A DNA stretch of 64,000 nucleotides from positions 1,248,001 through 1,312,000 of the forward strand of contig OZ253545.1 in NCBI GenBank assembly GCA_965262615.1. The letters run 5' to 3'. Under the pieces are notes generated by a model. It was not told the origin of the DNA, ran no database searches, and was given only the letters and a program-made list of their open reading frames with translations. How positions within the stretch are numbered: position 1 is the first letter of the stretch; each line of letters begins with the position of its first letter. Below, in pieces: positions 63,401 through 64,000 of this stretch. The translations under genes and the position numbers were made by a program. The stretch comes from Alphaproteobacteria bacterium. Its GTDB lineage: Bacteria > Pseudomonadota > Alphaproteobacteria > GM7ARS4 > G965262615.

Positions 63401-64000
63401 CGGTCGTCCCGATGGGAGTGTGGTCACTTCGCCATCAAACGCGAGATTAGCGTTCAGCGTGAGGGGTGCGGCATCGTTGCTGGTGGAGAATCGGCTGTCC
63501 ATGAACACCCGCAAGGTTGCGCCGGCAATGACATGAAAATTCTCCAAGCCATTGAGGGTCACGCCGTCCGAGCCACTGATGGAATCGCCCACTTGGATTG
63601 TGCCACCGTCATTGACGCTGATATCATCTCTGCCACCGCCAAAATTGGATGTGCCAGAACTAATGACAAGCGTTCCGCCATCATTGACAACGGTCTGACT
63701 GTCGTTGCTGTTGAGATTGAACCGCCCTGTCGCCGTGCCACCATTGACATTGACAGCGACATAACCCGTCGCCGTGTTACTCAAACTCACCAAGTTCGTT
63801 TGACTTATCGCCGTGCCACCATTGAAATTGACGGTCATATTGCCACTCGTGCCCGAAAAACGAACGGCACTGCCAAAGGCGGTGATGGTGCCGGTGTTGG
63901 TGACCGTCTGATGCCTGCCGCCATTCATAAAAATGGCGTTGCGCGCAATGATTGTGCCACTGTTGGTGACCGTGCTAGCCGCCGCCGAACCAGAGACAGC
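51443..64000 (-). CDS. Large modular autotransporter, >4185 aa, 5'-partial (at least 7 complete modules plus a partial one)
   Basis: The frame stays open to 64000 (AVSGSAAASTVTNSGTIIARNAIF-MNGG..), so the track's Met at 63928 is internal. Same module motifs as its neighbours; barrel ends RHSARLRLSF. Confidence 0.9.
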   Translation of the reverse strand, partial: AVSGSAAASTVTNSGTIIARNAIFMNGGRHQTVTNTGTITAFGSAVRFSGTSGNMTVNFNGGTAISQTNLVSLSNTATGYVAVNVNGGTATGRFNLNSNDSQTVVNDGGTLVISSGTSNFGGGRDDISVNDGGTIQVGDSISGSDGVTLNGLENFHVIAGATLRVFMDSRFSTSNDAAPLTLNANLAFDGEVTTLPSGRPDPSFVPENINIDVTIPNSYSFTGPRAAFTIIDVSGAGNAINFFDREPGVSMTLRVFQAGGGQMVVQGGKVLEGTGETLRVSWEALSLGTAATASTMDCTYSASAATLSCENGTAGGTEFSRGLNMNRFFSKATGLSTSVPGDLTLSVDDLAGNVGTSNIDSAFIADGTANQSRVPGNLWINLQKNTSDSDKVNIGTRIIGSAAAFIKHDRNVTLDNDGGLVFFARAGGSYLDNLIAAQVEGLGEYTTVINRGTMGFSSACTSNCGSGHKGIYVKAESSSASFVRVTNETSGTIRIGNSASTAIEVDTTSASANVDITISNKGTIIGGANITAFKLVGTRSGDKGVISVSQTGLNNSAIGTLVDTTGFAGNAIVEVRELANVRGDIDLGAGSDSFYIGGGYNQGTRTRNVPQGGQSGQSVQTTLFTVNNGFAGGSYSFGGSGNLTFGAGTDTMTVGGTGTLTVGSSASVGGTITGLENFHLRGLSTLHLYFNNDLSNAGLTFTGTTNVTVDGTHSSGTTIVMHLPSGVALGDRTSWITLIQGSVTLNRATRDVNLPNTITSNNALNLRLADITAAQGLALGMRFFRGTREIFADAEVRIDPNTNNLQVRWVNLRASASIAPSVDCSRTISTNDAALTCAGGSAFGMGSGVNLNDELGGDRRNVSVAIGTLGADINSRATGTGHGLELDGTSGANSVSGNITVTNQSNSVSPRAIQVRGSGNAALYVKAAASVGITNGGDLVFVQNGTSYANNLDGISAESGGSGGITVTNTGSIGFVNRRVEDVIEFSNGTATKTIRRTVTVSSSCSANCGNQHIGILADHKGSGSVSVTNQGNIFLGAGGTGNGNRGIVVQTSGSTGGTMTNSGSGVILGGANTTAFGAISASGNININVSGGRVEADNLVSSSGNSPVIMRVTGGTAQGRIVTGGGNDTVTVSGTGTLIIAGVSNDTNNFGGGNADTINVNSGGTVALGNASDGSDRVTIAGLENFNVNAGGTLRLYMDASFNAANIAATTAFAGTGNNAPVIEVYLHENYTLATQRSEFTIFDASAAITASATTLTDMARRVRLVQGNTTYRATFTLNRDSNDTTKLNLTWTDAYSVVDPSAFTCSLASGTLACTGPRRTDFNAPYLGREYLQGGVNLNRFFQKVSTLNSGIHSGDLTVNINNLGNDLAWNDAQSPTNSTITIDGSAGGSRVTGNLIVNNQTTSSPAFTAYVRAASQAALYAKAITNRNITVTNEGNLFFGEKSGGGYNSVMRGLSVVATGTGNAMVTNSADIGFESACTSNCGANQRGIMVGAATGTITIVNSGNIAIGSGGSSDADYNRAIYVFSGSDLGNVTITNTGNISGGSNSRAVYVAAGTATSNSITVNFNGGTVDVGTLVRANATTDLAFNVNVNGGTAKGQLVFSDDNDNDTVTVSGNTPQGGTLQVGTLHLVGTSNFYGGTDAITVNNGGRLIMGTSSTNVTLTGLENFNLNANGILEVFGNFSITGTASISGSGSNAPTVVVHLPTGTGNGNYGIISANTTTIADAAGLVSKARFTLGGVVASPFTRTFSNTGGNFVVNLTMLDTASGLTCVSGGNDFSCTGGSGSEYTNGFLLSRFFGHANFVTNTGAVDGGLRVWVDGLSANVNTSGTGHGMTFDATANGSLVTGDLRVFNQVKESRTETLNQNPTRRQVQVRAAERAAIFAKASGDLYVESNSPLVFAGSNVNNMRGIHAVAGRGKATTVSNKGNIGFVSCTSNCGSGHRGIFVEHTGTNSTTGQTAATITNSGAIDFGVATNSVGIYVSHTNNSGNITVTNSGTVALGTGSVFAEFAGSASSARTFTVNIGNSVVADTIVKSPSNANFNINITGGDVSGSFNLRSGNDTVRITGGSFNVGSSADFGLGNNSVIAEQGGTFAVTSGAALTGLDNFTANAGGALRVYLGDSFDSANSTVLNLGGAYSLNGTGESAARLEIYLPNGYVLGARSRFAFITAGTASVASLSDVAANARLYYRGSRLKGTLNVIQSGSTLQLEWLGDISYLDFGCAPAAGVTNAFNCSGGVVSEVEDGLASIVIFEAAGITSSVANPTFNFDDLAANVGSKSNIDTNGHGIVVDATLSSSLSGNLTVNNQVNTASADKVDVFVRGLAHITTHVAALYVKSDAGVTVNNAADLVFHRAEGTTSWLCVTTGSCPDANRPSNPYRNNLAGITAVSAGSGSVAITNSAAIGFNGNCTDISCGGGHRGINVQHGGSGTVTITNSGDINIQRGAAFYVEHGNNSGDVTITSSGNITVQDDHSAVRIANTGSSSQTVTINLTGGDITAGEIVTTSSTANFKVNLNISSTDVMGSLSLGRGNDTVTVSDSAKFTLGSPFNFGAGDDSLIVRDRAQIIAGNATDGSDDVQLNGLESVTFSNSASLTLFLDSGFNAAYSAWTTAQANLSTVTANSSSTQAQIRAAQTALRVALGALDAKAFKVQGQVAFQGRGNNAPIIRIHLPSGFALEGAGRVPRPDFTIIATQRIYRTNPGSVASAGVTAESLRDMASRVRIIQDGQILSVASYLTIRGFDSLNLGWVTTGAPNFNVSQMDCRLGGEIVNCSGGVLGSNEFNSGISLIGILERLGVVTLGDEAQTGFVETGFVLNLDNLVSHVNLTGSGYGIYVDGRSSLSEVRGNLTVNNQVRTADDDKKDVYVRASEQAGIFVNSAKAATVTNAGNIFFRKIGNTANYSNAMIALSANSLGAGRLHVTNNARIGFDEVCIAVTNGANCGSELIGISASQHEAGATIVVNNGSINVGGGNDAIFVQQLGGVGTVTITNNGNITAKNAVIFSQIDGDPASDTAVINFSGGVVRTAALVHADRFNFEDLDSPDVDLSTLDLNAAVCNDADTTNDTDACKVDSGFVGKVTVNVTGGLNVGNFVFNRAVSSDDTVNVTGGILVLPSVTADGGAGGVSDFGRGTDTLSVGRGGTLVLGSPYVAGSSSDPNETSIPTGSSSIQFSGLENFNLNAGATLRLYLDDSVSSNSVNAARINSTVSINSSANIDINLPSGYTIGDKTAFTLIDATALDVGSLRILSNRVRIFDSGGVLYQGTITLSQSGEDLQIAWSDLTQFAGASSMNCSYTSIARSIQCSGGDASDTEFSHGMNLTRIFNDVSFGRGGLYNNGQYSGNLTINLSGLTTTVNTAGLGHGIAIEAVTVVPDDPTDSNTTFTTTRYIAGDLTVNNQVTGTRGEVQVRGGTNAALYVAAAANVTVNNAADLRFKTKDTGFYDDSLTGLSVSSLENTTGSITVVNSGDIGFASSCVPQCGEGHIGIAIGHSATGDVSVTNVGNIAMGSGGVERLSINIPGQAPVTSEIVTANTAILLTVPYGNNVTVTNTGNITGGEYSSAVGIIAGAGAQNRVINFNGGEVKTDEIVNGELALGGTTTVNVNAGTEVEGRFNFGGTIAAGAETVNVNSGGTLVITNGESKFGAGADAIVVNEGGHLNLSNDATGGSDGVTISGLETFTLNAKSTLSVYLDSNFNAFSMATSIAINGGSDAPTLVINLPVGYDLAARSAFTLIGVTGTNTVTVDAATLRGLANNVRLVRGSQRFKGGSALTFSLSADGTNLQMAWNDSLEAIKFNEIARGLGGDDNQSSVALALSNAAERSGNPNLYRDLFNAVEDSGDAKNLESSLAPIYGSLVQSSWFAGHRFVNEVMENFCSRHRVTGLKKLSYSEHSTRNKRTSCGRADIWSSVTRKSDDDGAVGFEENSLFNFGGFWSRGLNKHFTFSGAVSYGLINHESNRGGESYGHRVSGAAVLHLTQNGALQRNGFIASAGATVSGSIFDVDRDTVGGGSVTSDVSMVTYGLHARGGLRLTLLGDMFIEPRGGISFSQLFMQETQEEVSRRVQGTSDFNLALDDGRHSFTSLHGSVMMGDQWQLSNSMQMEPSLKAGLTYIATGTDIDVNSRFVGDLNEQNFIAYNNDMDRLFVDISTGFLLFGDEEMLGSLDYEGMFSLIGKTRRHSARLRLSF

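Noticed and set aside
9900-63800. Hundreds of short plus-strand and off-frame ORFs, many recurring (e.g. MVVLALTVNVSKP..)
   Set aside because: These are antisense or off-frame shadows of the repetitive autotransporter codons; they recur exactly with the repeats.
63926-63928. Met at 63928 as the start of the third autotransporter
   Set aside because: The frame is open to the window end and no signal peptide follows, so the gene starts outside the window.

Overview
All supportable genes in this window lie on the minus strand and most are tightly packed; the gene set looks alphaproteobacterial (inference). The left ~9.8 kb is housekeeping or metabolic. It holds a partial glycerate 2-kinase missed by the ORF track, a D-glycerate dehydrogenase/hydroxypyruvate reductase, serine-glyoxylate aminotransferase, msrQP, methylmalonyl-CoA mutase, tldD, a small beta-barrel OMP and a divergent RsmD-like methyltransferase. 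The remaining ~54 kb is a tandem array of three paralogous type Va autotransporters of >4185 aa (partial), 2458 aa and 11,291 aa. Their passengers are strings of one ~430-500 aa module: Cys-pair cap, beta-helix-like rungs with Cx3CGxxH, GGGND repeats and an autochaperone-like end. The 11,291-aa protein has 24 modules. Its core is seven ~2.65-2.75 kb units carrying two alternative ~1.1 kb cassettes in the order X-Y-X-Y-Y-Y-X, with patchwork polymorphisms and an optional ~31-aa rung. Two non-coding repeats stand out: a 13x15-bp repeat beside a perfect 15-bp hairpin between autotransporter genes, and a 74-bp repeat forming a chain of ATGA-overlapped mini-ORFs between rsmD and the OMP gene. No RNA genes, CRISPR arrays or mobile elements were seen. 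Module boundaries were read by eye and are approximate.
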